Positions 39,302-49,637 of a stretch of DNA of 64,000 nt are shown here, one piece after another (position 1 is the first letter of the stretch; the number at the start of each line of letters is the position of its first letter). The notes beneath the pieces are model-generated. The model saw only the letters and a program-made list of their open reading frames with translations, had not been told where the DNA came from and ran no database searches. Location of the stretch: contig JBHLLP010000012.1 of the NCBI GenBank assembly GCA_048885525.1, forward strand, positions 24,785 through 88,784. The letters run 5' to 3'. A program made the position numbers and the translations under genes. Origin of the DNA: Candidatus Hermodarchaeota archaeon (lineage in GTDB: Archaea > Asgardarchaeota > Lokiarchaeia > Sigyniarchaeales > SOKP01).

Positions 39302-39303
39302 AT

Positions 39304-40182
39304 TCATTTTTTATAAAAATAGCTAAGGATCTTATCCATATTACTTTCAATGTTAAACTTTTTTTGAAAATACGTACATATATTCTCAAGATCCCTCTCC
39401 AAAAGTAAATTAGCATTAGGATGGTCAGTTGGAACCCATTGCAGCCAATCAATTATTAAAATATTGCCTTTCTCATCCAAAACAACATTGAATTCACCCA
39501 AATCACCATGAATCATTTTTGCTTTTTTATAGATTATTCTGTATTGTTTTATAATTCTATTGAAAATTTTGATAGGATTTTTAATACTTTTATAATAAAC
39601 CAATTCTTTTCCTCTTAGATATGACATTACAATAATATGTCTATTATAGGCTATTGGTTTTGGAGTGTTAAGTTTGAGTATATAGATTTTTTCAAGAGCT
39701 TCATATTCTTTTTTGGCAGCAAGCCTATTTACATAAAGCCAAGAAAGATGTGATCTCTCTCCAATAATGTCTCTAAGTTGTTTGATGCTTTTAAAACTTG
39801 TTCTTCCAATTCGATAAAATTTAGCAGCATAAATGTTTTCATCATCATCCATACAACTATAAACATCTGATTCTTTGCCTTTACCTATTAAAGGCCCTAA
39901 TTGACTAATGACATTTTTTTCGACTAGGGTATGTAAAGCAAGCAAATCATATGCCTTAGAATTAAGAGTATAAGCAATTTCATACTTAGAGGCATCTCTA
40001 ATTATTAGCCCGAGCTTATGAACTTTTTTCAACCGAAAAAGAGTCTCTTCCATCTTATATCTTGAATAAAATTTTATATTGTTGACTGTAACATACTCGG
40101 ATCTTTTCATTCCAATTTCAATTGCCATAAGTATTCTTAGATCTTCCTTTTCCAATTCAGTAAGAAGATTTGCTACTTCCAC
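39304..40182 (-). CDS. rio2: RIO2-type Ser/Thr kinase
   Basis: N-terminal wHTH (DLRILMAIEIGM), GKGKESDVY, GRTSF, HGDLGEFNV, IDWLQ. Confidence 0.93.
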   Translation of the reverse strand: MEVANLLTELEKEDLRILMAIEIGMKRSEYVTVNNIKFYSRYKMEETLFRLKKVHKLGLIIRDASKYEIAYTLNSKAYDLLALHTLVEKNVISQLGPLIGKGKESDVYSCMDDDENIYAAKFYRIGRTSFKSIKQLRDIIGERSHLSWLYVNRLAAKKEYEALEKIYILKLNTPKPIAYNRHIIVMSYLRGKELVYYKSIKNPIKIFNRIIKQYRIIYKKAKMIHGDLGEFNVVLDEKGNILIIDWLQWVPTDHPNANLLLERDLENICTYFQKKFNIESNMDKILSYFYKK

Positions 40183-40194
40183 ACTTTTTTCAGC

Positions 40195-40977
40195 TTAAAA
40201 TATGAATTTACGATATGTTTTGAAAAAAGATATTAATTTATATATATTTGGTATTTCAAAAATCAGAATTGCAGTTAAAACTAAAAGCAAAAAGACTGAG
40301 ATATCTTTCTGTAATATTAAATAATTAGTTAAAGTCCAACCTTCTTGAAATAAAAATAAAAAAATACCTTGGTTTAGATATATAAATAATCCAACTGAGA
40401 TAATGAGACTAATTAATGAGAAAATTATAACTTGATGTTCATTTTCAATAAATCCAATTATAATGTTAATGATAAATAAGATTATTGTAATTAATGTAAT
40501 AATTTTTGAAAGATTAATCCAATTCGTGTAAATTATACTACTCACCTGATAAGTTCCATTTGAAATTGGCCAAAATAATGATGTACTTAAATTTATAAAA
40601 GACAAAATTGGTAAAACTACCCCAATGATTATTGAAATACTATAAATCCGTATTGTTGTAAATTTGTTGAATTTCAATATATTCTCCTTTCCCAATTTTG
40701 TAGATTCTAACAGATAATTAAGTTTGTTTTGAATCTCAATTGGAAAATTCTTTTTTACCATGACAATTTGGATGCTTATTTCAGGAAATTTCGAAACTAA
40801 TTCGTTAATTTGGCTATATGCTTTCCTAAATTTTGTTTTCTTACTTTTAGGACCGTTCCAAAGATAAATAATTTCCTTTTCTTCATCCAATACGGCACAA
40901 ATATCGTGTGATAGTAGTTGATGTTCTACTTCTATCCAAAAAGATTTAGAATCATCAAATATAAAAGTTCTCAGCAT
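40195..40977 (-). CDS. Gelsolin-like domain fused to about 4 transmembrane helices
   Basis: aa 1-90: LLSHDICAVLDEEKEIIYLWNGPKS..KA matches the gelsolin-repeat pattern; four hydrophobic stretches in the C-terminal half. Confidence 0.7.
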   Translation of the reverse strand: MLRTFIFDDSKSFWIEVEHQLLSHDICAVLDEEKEIIYLWNGPKSKKTKFRKAYSQINELVSKFPEISIQIVMVKKNFPIEIQNKLNYLLESTKLGKENILKFNKFTTIRIYSISIIIGVVLPILSFINLSTSLFWPISNGTYQVSSIIYTNWINLSKIITLITIILFIINIIIGFIENEHQVIIFSLISLIISVGLFIYLNQGIFLFLFQEGWTLTNYLILQKDISVFLLLVLTAILIFEIPNIYKLISFFKTYRKFIF

Positions 40978-41091
40978 TTATAGTCTACTTAACTTAACTA
41001 AAATTAGCTTTTATTTTTTTCGATGACATATTAACGCTCAAAAAGAGAAAAAAAAATTATAAATTTTACTCATCCTTTGAGATTAGTAGAA

Positions 41092-41991
41092 TTACTTAGT
41101 TTCAAGTCTGTTTTTTATTTCTTTCCATATGTTATCGATATACTCTTCATAAATTTGCACCGTCTTTTCATCAATGGATTTAAATCGTTTTTGAGCTTTT
41201 AAATATTCTGTTATTGGTTTTCGTTTTAATTTATCTAAATATCTTTTACTAGGTTTCGAAATTTCAAATTTTCCATTAATAACCTCATAAAGAGGCCAAA
41301 AACCTGTTTCGGTAGCCAATCTACCAATTAAAATTGTATCCTTTGGTTCATATCCCCATCCAGGAGGGCAAGGGGATAATATATGAAAATATTTTGGTCC
41401 AAATATATTCTTGGCTCTTTTGAATTTTTCAAATAAATCAAGAGGATAAGCAGCATTAGCCGTAGCTACGTATGGGATACCATGTGCTTCTAGTATCTTA
41501 GGCATATTTTTTTTATGGACATCCTTTCCCTCTGGAGTTGTTGTTGTTTTAACGCCTAGGGGGGTTGAACCACTTCTTTGGACACCCGTATTCATATAAG
41601 CTTCATTATCATAACACGCATATATGAAATTAGTTCCCCTTTCTGCAGCACCACTTAAAGCCTGCAATCCTATATCAGTTGTTCCTCCATCACCGGCAAA
41701 CGCAAGAACTGTAATTTCATCTGCTAAACCTTTATCTTCTAATGAAGCCAAGATACCAGATGCTGAAGCCCCAGTTGTTGCAAAAGGAGTGTGATAAACT
41801 GATATTTTTGTTGAACAGAATCCCTGCATACCATGTAATACTGTTAAACAAGAAGCGGGTACGGTTACTAATGTCTTATTTCCTAGCGCTTTTAGAGCAA
41901 TTCTATAAATTAATGCCATACCACATCCCGCACATGCACGAGTGCCAGGATAAATAAATTCCTCTTCAGGGAGATCCATTACATTTACCAT
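41092..41991 (-). CDS. porB: Pyruvate/2-oxoacid:ferredoxin oxidoreductase beta subunit
   Basis: ACAGCG, GDGGTTDIG, YDNEAYMNTGVQRS, SPCPPGW. Confidence 0.93.
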   Translation of the reverse strand: MVNVMDLPEEEFIYPGTRACAGCGMALIYRIALKALGNKTLVTVPASCLTVLHGMQGFCSTKISVYHTPFATTGASASGILASLEDKGLADEITVLAFAGDGGTTDIGLQALSGAAERGTNFIYACYDNEAYMNTGVQRSGSTPLGVKTTTTPEGKDVHKKNMPKILEAHGIPYVATANAAYPLDLFEKFKRAKNIFGPKYFHILSPCPPGWGYEPKDTILIGRLATETGFWPLYEVINGKFEISKPSKRYLDKLKRKPITEYLKAQKRFKSIDEKTVQIYEEYIDNIWKEIKNRLETK

Positions 41992-41997
41992 TCTTTT

Positions 41998-43290
41998 TTA
42001 CCCCCTTTTAAAGTAAGTTGATTCATCATAATCACTTAATTCATCTAATCTTAAACCCAAAAATTCAGTCTTATTAGTAAATATTCCTTGTTTAAATTCA
42101 TTCAAAGCTTTATGGATACCAGTAATGATATGCTCTGTTTTTACATCTCTACCGCCTAATCCAACAATAAAACCCTTTATATTTGGTCTATTTTTTAATC
42201 CATAAAGCGCAGCTTTTAATTCATAAGAGAGAACTCCTTCATATCCATATCCAATATCCCTATCAAAAACTATAATATTTTCTTTATCTTTGAAAAATTC
42301 TCTTAATTCCTCTACTGGAAATGGTCTAAATAATCTGAGACTTATTAACCCAACTTTTAGCCCTTCAGACCTAAGAATTTTAATAGCTACTCTTGATTGA
42401 GAAGCTACTGAACCCATTGCAAAAATAATTATATTTGCATCATCTGTTTGAATTAATTTAAATACTCCATTTCCATAGGATCGACCGAATTTTTCTGCAA
42501 ATTCATCATGAACCTCTTTAATTATATCGATTGAACTTTCTAAAGATCTTTGAAGGGCATATCTATATTCATAATAACCCGGAGCTGTTCCTTCTTCTCG
42601 CTTTACGATGTGAGGAGTAGTTACTGGATCAACACCTTTTACCTGTGAAATGTCTGATAAATTAATATGGTGTTTAAGAGGTGGTAAAAAATCATCAATC
42701 ATCTCCTGGCTTTCTAATTCGACTGGTTGGGCAGTATGTGAGATTATATACCCATCATATCCGCATACAACTGGTAAAAATAAACGAGGATCTTCAGCGA
42801 TTTTAAATGCTTGAAGATTAGTATCATAAACTTCTTGGTTATTTTCACACATAAATTGTATCCATCCTACATCCCGAATAGTTATGAAATCTTGATGATC
42901 TGTCCAAACACTCCAAGGTGCTCCAAGACTTCTTGTTGCTAAATTAAGTACAATAGGTAATCTATTCCCTGATGCCCAAGGTAACATTTCGTACATCAGC
43001 TCTAGACCATGGGCAGATGTTGCTGTAGCGACTCTGGATCCTGTTGCAGATGCAGCACATAAAACAGCCATCGCACTATGTTCAGATTCAACTTTTACGA
43101 ATCTTGCTTTTAATTTTCCTTCAGAAATGAACTCCGCAATTTTTTCAACAACAGGACTTTGAGGAGTTATAGGATAAGCAGAAACAACACCAACCCTAGA
43201 TTGACGAATTGCATGTGCAGCAGCATGATTTCCCGTCAAAATCATTACATTTTTATTAATTTTAAGTTTATCTTCATCACTCACAATCAT
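41998..43290 (-). CDS. porA: Pyruvate/2-oxoacid:ferredoxin oxidoreductase alpha subunit
   Basis: AYPITPQ, VESEHSA, TATS..GL, RLFRPFP, GLGGRD. Confidence 0.93.
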   Translation of the reverse strand: MIVSDEDKLKINKNVMILTGNHAAAHAIRQSRVGVVSAYPITPQSPVVEKIAEFISEGKLKARFVKVESEHSAMAVLCAASATGSRVATATSAHGLELMYEMLPWASGNRLPIVLNLATRSLGAPWSVWTDHQDFITIRDVGWIQFMCENNQEVYDTNLQAFKIAEDPRLFLPVVCGYDGYIISHTAQPVELESQEMIDDFLPPLKHHINLSDISQVKGVDPVTTPHIVKREEGTAPGYYEYRYALQRSLESSIDIIKEVHDEFAEKFGRSYGNGVFKLIQTDDANIIIFAMGSVASQSRVAIKILRSEGLKVGLISLRLFRPFPVEELREFFKDKENIIVFDRDIGYGYEGVLSYELKAALYGLKNRPNIKGFIVGLGGRDVKTEHIITGIHKALNEFKQGIFTNKTEFLGLRLDELSDYDESTYFKRG

Positions 43291-43586
43291 TCCAATTTCA
43301 CCTCTTTCATTGTTATAGCTTTAACTGGACATTCTTCCATACAAATTCCACACCCTTTACAATGTTCTAGATCAATCTGAGGTGGGATTGTTCTGGTAAT
43401 TACAGCCTCGGGACAATAAAGCCAGCAATTAAAACAGCTATGCTTTCCGGACTTAACTGGAATGCATTTATTTAAATCAATAATCGGTTTATTTGAACTC
43501 CAAGTTCCAGTTTTACCAGCTTCACCAATTACTGGTTTTTGAACTGAACCTAATATTTTTTGATAATCTTTTTTCGAGTTAGTCAT
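43287..43586 (-). CDS. porD: 2-oxoacid:ferredoxin oxidoreductase delta (ferredoxin) subunit
   Basis: KTGTW, C..CWLYCPE, CKGCGICMEECP. Confidence 0.9.
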   Translation of the reverse strand: MTNSKKDYQKILGSVQKPVIGEAGKTGTWSSNKPIIDLNKCIPVKSGKHSCFNCWLYCPEAVITRTIPPQIDLEHCKGCGICMEECPVKAITMKEVKLE

Positions 43587-43897
43587 CTATTCATCAAAAA
43601 TAGTTATAAATCAGATTCTGTATGAAATCAAACGTAGATAAGTTTTTAATTCTTATCATTTACAATAATAAAAGTTTGAGGCAAATTTCGGTTAGTTCAT
43701 TAACAACTTTATTAAATTTATCAAGTTAAGTAAAGAGTATTAAATGAAAGGTATTACTTGTTTTTAAATAAAAAATAAATAGTTGATATTTCATTAACCT
43801 CATAAAAAGTAGTTAAATATTTTAGTATTATTAGATTAATTTCTGAATTTATTTGGTTTTTGAGAATTTTTAATGTAACAGTAGGTTAAGGGAAAAG

Positions 43898-46174
43898 GTG
43901 GAATTTTCTAAAGATAAATTTTTACAGATAATTGAGAGCATTAAAGAATGTTACTTTGAAGTTGATTTAAAAGGAAATTTAATTTTCTTTAATGAATCAA
44001 TGTGTAAACTAACGGGATTTTCAAGACAGGAACTTCAAGGATTAAATTATAAATATCTAACTGATGAATTTAATAGAAAAAAAATATTTAAGGGATTTAA
44101 TGCCGTTTTCAGAACAACTGAATCATTAACTGATTTTGAATATCAATTTAGGAAAAAAAATGGAGAGAAAATTATTGGTGAAACTTCTGTATATTTAAAA
44201 TGTGATTCCAATGGAAATAAAATCGGATTTTATGGGATATTTCGAGACATTACCAAAAGAAAAGAAAGGGAAGAACAATTTAGACAAGAATTGGAACAAT
44301 TAGTAAATCAAAGGACTCAGGAGTTAAGAGTGTCTGAAGAAAAATACAGTAATTTATTCCATCATTCAAATGATGCGATTATTCTTCATGATTTAGATGG
44401 TAATATTATAGACATTAATCAAAGAGCTTTAGAACAATTTGGATATACAAGATCAGAGATATTAAAATTAAAAATTCCTCAACTTCATCCAATAAGCGAA
44501 CTGGGGGCATCTAAAAAAGCTTTTGAAGAAATTTCGAAAAAAGGTGTAATTAAGTTTGAAATAAGTTTTAAAAAAAAAAATGGAAAAATTTTTCTTGCTG
44601 AAGTCTCATCAAGTTTATTTTATATGGGAGGAGAGCAAGTTATCCAAGGAAATATTCGTGATATTACAGTTCGAGTTCTAACCGAAAAAATGCTCAAAGA
44701 ATCAGAAGAGAAATATAGAAACATGATAAACCATTTGGATTTAGGCTTTTATCAACTGAAATGGGATGGTATTTTATTAAATCATAATCCTCGATTTTGT
44801 GAGATATTAGGATATAATCCATCTGAAAATTTAAAAAACAGAGATGTACATGACTTTTGGCAAAGACCTGAAGAAAGATTAACATATTTAAAAGAACTAA
44901 AAGAAAATGGTTTCGTTAAGAATTACTTAGTTCACGCAAAGAAGAAAAATGGAGAAAAGATAGTTGTGCAATTAAATTCTCATATATTAGAAATGAGCGG
45001 TGGAAAGCCGACTATAATTCAAGGGTTAATATCTGATATTACTGAAAAATTTGAATTAGAACAAAAAGTAATGGAATCAGAAGAGAGATACCGGAATTTG
45101 ATTGAATCTGTACCATTTTCAATCGCTTTAATTGACCAAGATGGAAAGATCATTTATTGTAATCCTCCTATTGAAAAATTACTAGGATATCGTCAGGATG
45201 AATTAATTGGACATAAATTCAAAGATCTTCCAGTACTACATCCTAAATATATATCAATGTTGCTTAAGCGATTTCAAAGGGTTTTTAAGGGTGAGATGTT
45301 ACCCCCAATGGAGATAGAGTTATATATGAAGGATGATAGTCCGATTTGGATAAAATATCAATCTAGTTTAGTTAAATTAGGAAATCAAGTCTTACTACAA
45401 GCAGTTATAAATGACATTACAGAACAAAGAAAAGCAGATCTTCTCATTGAAGAAGAAATCATTAAATTAAAAGAATTAGATCAGATTAGAAAGGATTTAA
45501 TTTCTAGAGTTTCACATGAGCTCAAAACGCCCCTGGTCTCCGTTTGCGGAGCTGCTGAACTTCTTTTAGATTTATTTATAGAAGAGTTTAAAGGTGAGTC
45601 AAAAGAACTAATTGAAATGATCGAAAAAGGGGGTAAAAGACTAAAGCACCTAGTTGATAATTTGGTTGATATAACTAGAATTGAATACAAAAAGTTTGAA
45701 TTAGAGAAAGAAAAAAGTGACTTTAGTCAAGTGATTAGAGATTGCACCAAAGAACTAATGTATCTTATAAAAAAAAGAGAGATAAATTTAAATCTTGACT
45801 TGAAAGATAATTTGTTTTTAGAATTTGATAGAATAAGAATTGAACAAGTAATATTAAATCTTTTATCAAATGCAATAAAAAATACCCCACCGAATGGGAG
45901 GGTTACAATTAAAACCTTGAAAAGAGATTATTTTGTTGAATTATCAATAATAGATAATGGTATTGGTCTAACTAAAGAAGAAATAGAAAAATTATTTACT
46001 AGATTTGGAAAGATAGAAAGATATGGAAATGGATTAGAATATATTGATATCCAAGGAACTGGACTTGGATTATATATATCAAAAGAAATAATAGATTTAC
46101 ATCAGGGTGAAATTTGGGCTGAATCTGTTGGTAGGGGTAAAGGTAGCACATTCACAATTAGATTACCAAGATAA
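43898..46174 (+). CDS. Cytoplasmic multi-PAS (about 4) sensor histidine kinase
   Basis: Repeated PAS/PAC ends (RDIT, SDIT, NDIT); SHELKTPL, NLLSNAIK, DNGIG, GTGLGL, GKGSTF. Confidence 0.93.
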   Translation: MEFSKDKFLQIIESIKECYFEVDLKGNLIFFNESMCKLTGFSRQELQGLNYKYLTDEFNRKKIFKGFNAVFRTTESLTDFEYQFRKKNGEKIIGETSVYLKCDSNGNKIGFYGIFRDITKRKEREEQFRQELEQLVNQRTQELRVSEEKYSNLFHHSNDAIILHDLDGNIIDINQRALEQFGYTRSEILKLKIPQLHPISELGASKKAFEEISKKGVIKFEISFKKKNGKIFLAEVSSSLFYMGGEQVIQGNIRDITVRVLTEKMLKESEEKYRNMINHLDLGFYQLKWDGILLNHNPRFCEILGYNPSENLKNRDVHDFWQRPEERLTYLKELKENGFVKNYLVHAKKKNGEKIVVQLNSHILEMSGGKPTIIQGLISDITEKFELEQKVMESEERYRNLIESVPFSIALIDQDGKIIYCNPPIEKLLGYRQDELIGHKFKDLPVLHPKYISMLLKRFQRVFKGEMLPPMEIELYMKDDSPIWIKYQSSLVKLGNQVLLQAVINDITEQRKADLLIEEEIIKLKELDQIRKDLISRVSHELKTPLVSVCGAAELLLDLFIEEFKGESKELIEMIEKGGKRLKHLVDNLVDITRIEYKKFELEKEKSDFSQVIRDCTKELMYLIKKREINLNLDLKDNLFLEFDRIRIEQVILNLLSNAIKNTPPNGRVTIKTLKRDYFVELSIIDNGIGLTKEEIEKLFTRFGKIERYGNGLEYIDIQGTGLGLYISKEIIDLHQGEIWAESVGRGKGSTFTIRLPR

Positions 46175-46203
46175 ATGTATAAAAATAAATTAACAATAAA
46201 TTT

Positions 46204-48840
46204 GTGCCTTTAATGACATATAATAGAGAAGAAATAAGAGAAAGTTTTAAGGATTTGTTTGAACGTTCATTAGATTTAATTTACGTAAGTGATTTAAATG
46301 GAAATTTTCTAGATGCTAATGATCTTGCCTTATTGACATTAGGTTATGAAAGAGAGGAAATAAAAAATATTAAATTTTTAGATCTTATTGAAGAAGATGA
46401 ATTAAAAATAGCCTATGGGGCTTTAAAGGAAATAATTAAGAAAGGAAAGCAATCTAGACGTAGAGAATATAGAATAAGAGCAAAAAATGGTAATTTTATT
46501 TTTGTAGAAACATACGCTATGCCCTTAAAGAGAAAGGGTGAAATATATGCAATTTTAGGTATTGGTAAAAATATCACAGAACGTAAAAAGGCGGAACTTA
46601 AGTTAATTGAATCTGAAGAGATGTTTAGAGCGTTATATAAAGAAAGTCCTATTCCAACCTATATATGGAAAAAACTTAATGATAATTTTGTTTTTATAGA
46701 GTTTAATAATGCTGCTGAAAGGATTACCAAAGGGAATGTCTCTAAATTTTTGGGTTATAAGGCTTCTGAAATGTATGAGGATAGACCAGACATACTGGAG
46801 GATTTATATAGATGTTTTAACAAGAAAACTAATATTACAAGAGAAATGAAATATAAATTTCATTATACAGGAGAAGAAAGGTTTTTTTCAGTAAATTATG
46901 GTTATGTTAAACCAGATTTAGTAATTGTTCAAACTGATGATATAACTGAAAAAAGAGTGGCAAAAGAAAAATTGAAACAATCTGAATTAAAATATCGAAA
47001 TATGATTAATAATTTAGATGTTGGATTTTACCAAGTAACTCTAGACGGTATTCTATTAAACCATAATTCCGCTTATAATACAATCTTGGGATTTGAAGAA
47101 TCCAAAGATTTAAGTAATTCAAAAGTAACAGAGTTATGGCAACAACCTGAGCTTCGAAATGAATACTTGAACCAAATTTTAAGAGATAATTATGCTCGAG
47201 GCTATATTTGTCATGCATTTAAGAAGAGTGGTGAAAGAATTGTATTAGAATTAAATTCACATTTGATTAGAGATAAACAAGGAAACCCAAAAAGAATAGA
47301 TGGAACATTCATTGATATTACTGAAAAATTCACTTTAGAACGTGAGTTAAGAGAATCTGAAGAAAAGTTCAGAAATATTGCCGAACAATCATTATTAGGG
47401 ATAGCAATTCTACAAAATGGAAAATTTAAATATGCTAATCAAAAGTTTGCTGCAATTGGAGGAAGAACTCCCGAGGAATTGAAGGAATGGGGAACCGGAG
47501 AATTTCTTAATATTGTTCATCCTGAGGATAGAGAATTAATTGCAGAACAAGCAAGTAAAAAGCAAAAAGGGGATAAAGATGTTATAAGTCATTATCAATT
47601 TAGAGGTTTTAAGAAAACAGGGGAATTACTCCATGGAGAGATATTTTCAAAAACGATTAATTATGGAGGACAACCGGCAGATTTTATTACAGTTATTGAT
47701 ATTACTGATAAAGTTGAAGCAGAGAGAAAACTTCTAGAATCTGAAAAAAAGTATCGATTTTTTTATGAGAATACTCCATTTTCTATAGTTGTTATAAATT
47801 CTAAAGGAATAATTATTGATTTTAATCCTACAACAGAATTAATGTTTGGTTATTCAAAGGAAGAATTAGTAGGTAATAAATTTCATAAGATCTCAGTGAT
47901 TCATCCGGATTATCTACCATCTATTATGGATCATTTTCAAAGATTCATAAGAGGTGAAAAAGTTCATCGAATTGATTTACAAATGTATAAAAGAGATAAA
48001 AGTTTACTTTGGGTAAATTTACAAGCATCTTTAATAAAAATAGAAGATGAATATTTTGTTCAAGCACTATTTACTGATATCACAAATAGAAAACAAGCAG
48101 AAGTTTTGGTTAATGAAGAGATTAAAAAATTGAAGGAGCTTGACCAAATTAGAAAAAATCTAATTTCTAGAGTTGCCCATGAATTAAAAACTCCACTTGC
48201 TACAGTTTGTGGAGGTGCAGAGCTTTTTTCAAATTTTTATAATACAGAATTAAATAATAAGCAGTTAGAATTAATCAACTTAATTGAAAAAGGCGGAGAA
48301 CGATTAAGATTTTTAGTAGAGAATTTAATTGATATATCAAGGATTGAATATGACAAATTCCAATTAAATAAACAGATAAGTGATTTATCTGAGCTAATCA
48401 AAGAATCCACTATGGAAATGATTCATTTCGCAAAAGAAAGGAAGCTATCTCTTAATTTGGAGTTTACAGACAAATTAAATTTATATATTGATAGAATTAG
48501 AATAGAGCAAGTGATAATGAATTTATTGTCAAACGCTATAAAAAATACACCTCCTAACGGAAAAATCAATATTAATCTAGAAAGAATTGATAATTGGGCT
48601 CAGATCACTGTAACTGATACGGGAGTAGGTTTAACCACAGATGAAATGAATGTTTTATTTACTAGATTTGGTAAAATAGAAAGAGATGGAGATGGACTAG
48701 AATATATCAATATTCAAGGTTCTGGGCTTGGATTATTTATATCAAAAGAAATCATTGAGTTACATGGGGGTAATATTAGAGCGGAATCAGAAGGTAGAGG
48801 CAAAGGAAGCAGTTTTATTGTGAAATTACCTATAAATTAA
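46204..48840 (+). CDS. Cytoplasmic multi-PAS (about 5) sensor histidine kinase
   Basis: PAS repeats; AHELKTPL, NLLSNAIK, DTGVG, GSGLGL, GKGSSF. Confidence 0.93.
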   Translation: MPLMTYNREEIRESFKDLFERSLDLIYVSDLNGNFLDANDLALLTLGYEREEIKNIKFLDLIEEDELKIAYGALKEIIKKGKQSRRREYRIRAKNGNFIFVETYAMPLKRKGEIYAILGIGKNITERKKAELKLIESEEMFRALYKESPIPTYIWKKLNDNFVFIEFNNAAERITKGNVSKFLGYKASEMYEDRPDILEDLYRCFNKKTNITREMKYKFHYTGEERFFSVNYGYVKPDLVIVQTDDITEKRVAKEKLKQSELKYRNMINNLDVGFYQVTLDGILLNHNSAYNTILGFEESKDLSNSKVTELWQQPELRNEYLNQILRDNYARGYICHAFKKSGERIVLELNSHLIRDKQGNPKRIDGTFIDITEKFTLERELRESEEKFRNIAEQSLLGIAILQNGKFKYANQKFAAIGGRTPEELKEWGTGEFLNIVHPEDRELIAEQASKKQKGDKDVISHYQFRGFKKTGELLHGEIFSKTINYGGQPADFITVIDITDKVEAERKLLESEKKYRFFYENTPFSIVVINSKGIIIDFNPTTELMFGYSKEELVGNKFHKISVIHPDYLPSIMDHFQRFIRGEKVHRIDLQMYKRDKSLLWVNLQASLIKIEDEYFVQALFTDITNRKQAEVLVNEEIKKLKELDQIRKNLISRVAHELKTPLATVCGGAELFSNFYNTELNNKQLELINLIEKGGERLRFLVENLIDISRIEYDKFQLNKQISDLSELIKESTMEMIHFAKERKLSLNLEFTDKLNLYIDRIRIEQVIMNLLSNAIKNTPPNGKININLERIDNWAQITVTDTGVGLTTDEMNVLFTRFGKIERDGDGLEYINIQGSGLGLFISKEIIELHGGNIRAESEGRGKGSSFIVKLPIN

Positions 48841-48860
48841 GCATCTTTTTCTTAAAAGAA

Positions 48861-49448
48861 TTACTTAATTTTTGCCATTTTGTATCCTTCTTCGATTAAT
48901 TCATAATTAATTTTACCTAATTTGTCTCCCATTCGTTTAAGAACAACAGACTTTAAATTATCTAAATTTAAATCAGGTAATGCCTTTGAAAGTAAACCGA
49001 GAATGGGAGTATTGATTACAGGATTTCCATCAATAGTTAAGTCTTTTTCTAGTGCTAGTTTGCTGATATCTGCAACAATTATTTTAGTATTTCCGCTTAA
49101 ATTGAATTCATTAAGAAAAAAATCGGGATCTTTTTCAGAATTGATAATAAAAATTCCATCTTGTCTTAATGTAGAGGCAATTTCTTGGTTTAAAACAGTC
49201 TCATCAAATACAATTAACACATTAGGATTTTCTATTTGTGCTCTATCCCATATAATATCTGTTCGAGAGAGTTTCGCATATGCTTGAACGGGAGCGCCCC
49301 TTCTTTCTGCCCCAAATGAGGGATATGCATGTACATCAACAAAATTACCACTTAAATAAGCTGCTTCTGCAATAATTTCACAAGCAGTTACAGCACCCTG
49401 TCCTCCTCGCCCATGGATGATGATTTCAATATTTTCTGTTTCAGTCAT
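48861..49448 (-). CDS. porG: 2-oxoacid:ferredoxin oxidoreductase gamma subunit
   Basis: HGRGGQGAVT, PSFGAERRGAPV, INTPILG. Confidence 0.93.
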   Translation of the reverse strand: MTETENIEIIIHGRGGQGAVTACEIIAEAAYLSGNFVDVHAYPSFGAERRGAPVQAYAKLSRTDIIWDRAQIENPNVLIVFDETVLNQEIASTLRQDGIFIINSEKDPDFFLNEFNLSGNTKIIVADISKLALEKDLTIDGNPVINTPILGLLSKALPDLNLDNLKSVVLKRMGDKLGKINYELIEEGYKMAKIK

Positions 49449-49637
49449 ATTAAAAGCCTAAAAAATTTGAATAAATATTATTTATTATGGAGTTTACCGA
49501 ATAATATAAAATTTTTTTAAATTTCAATGGTAATTTAATTATTATTTCACTAAAAGAAATAATATTAAGAAGATAAAGATATTATAAATTAACATTAACC
49601 CAATAAAGACCGGTTTTAAAATCTATGTGATAAAATT

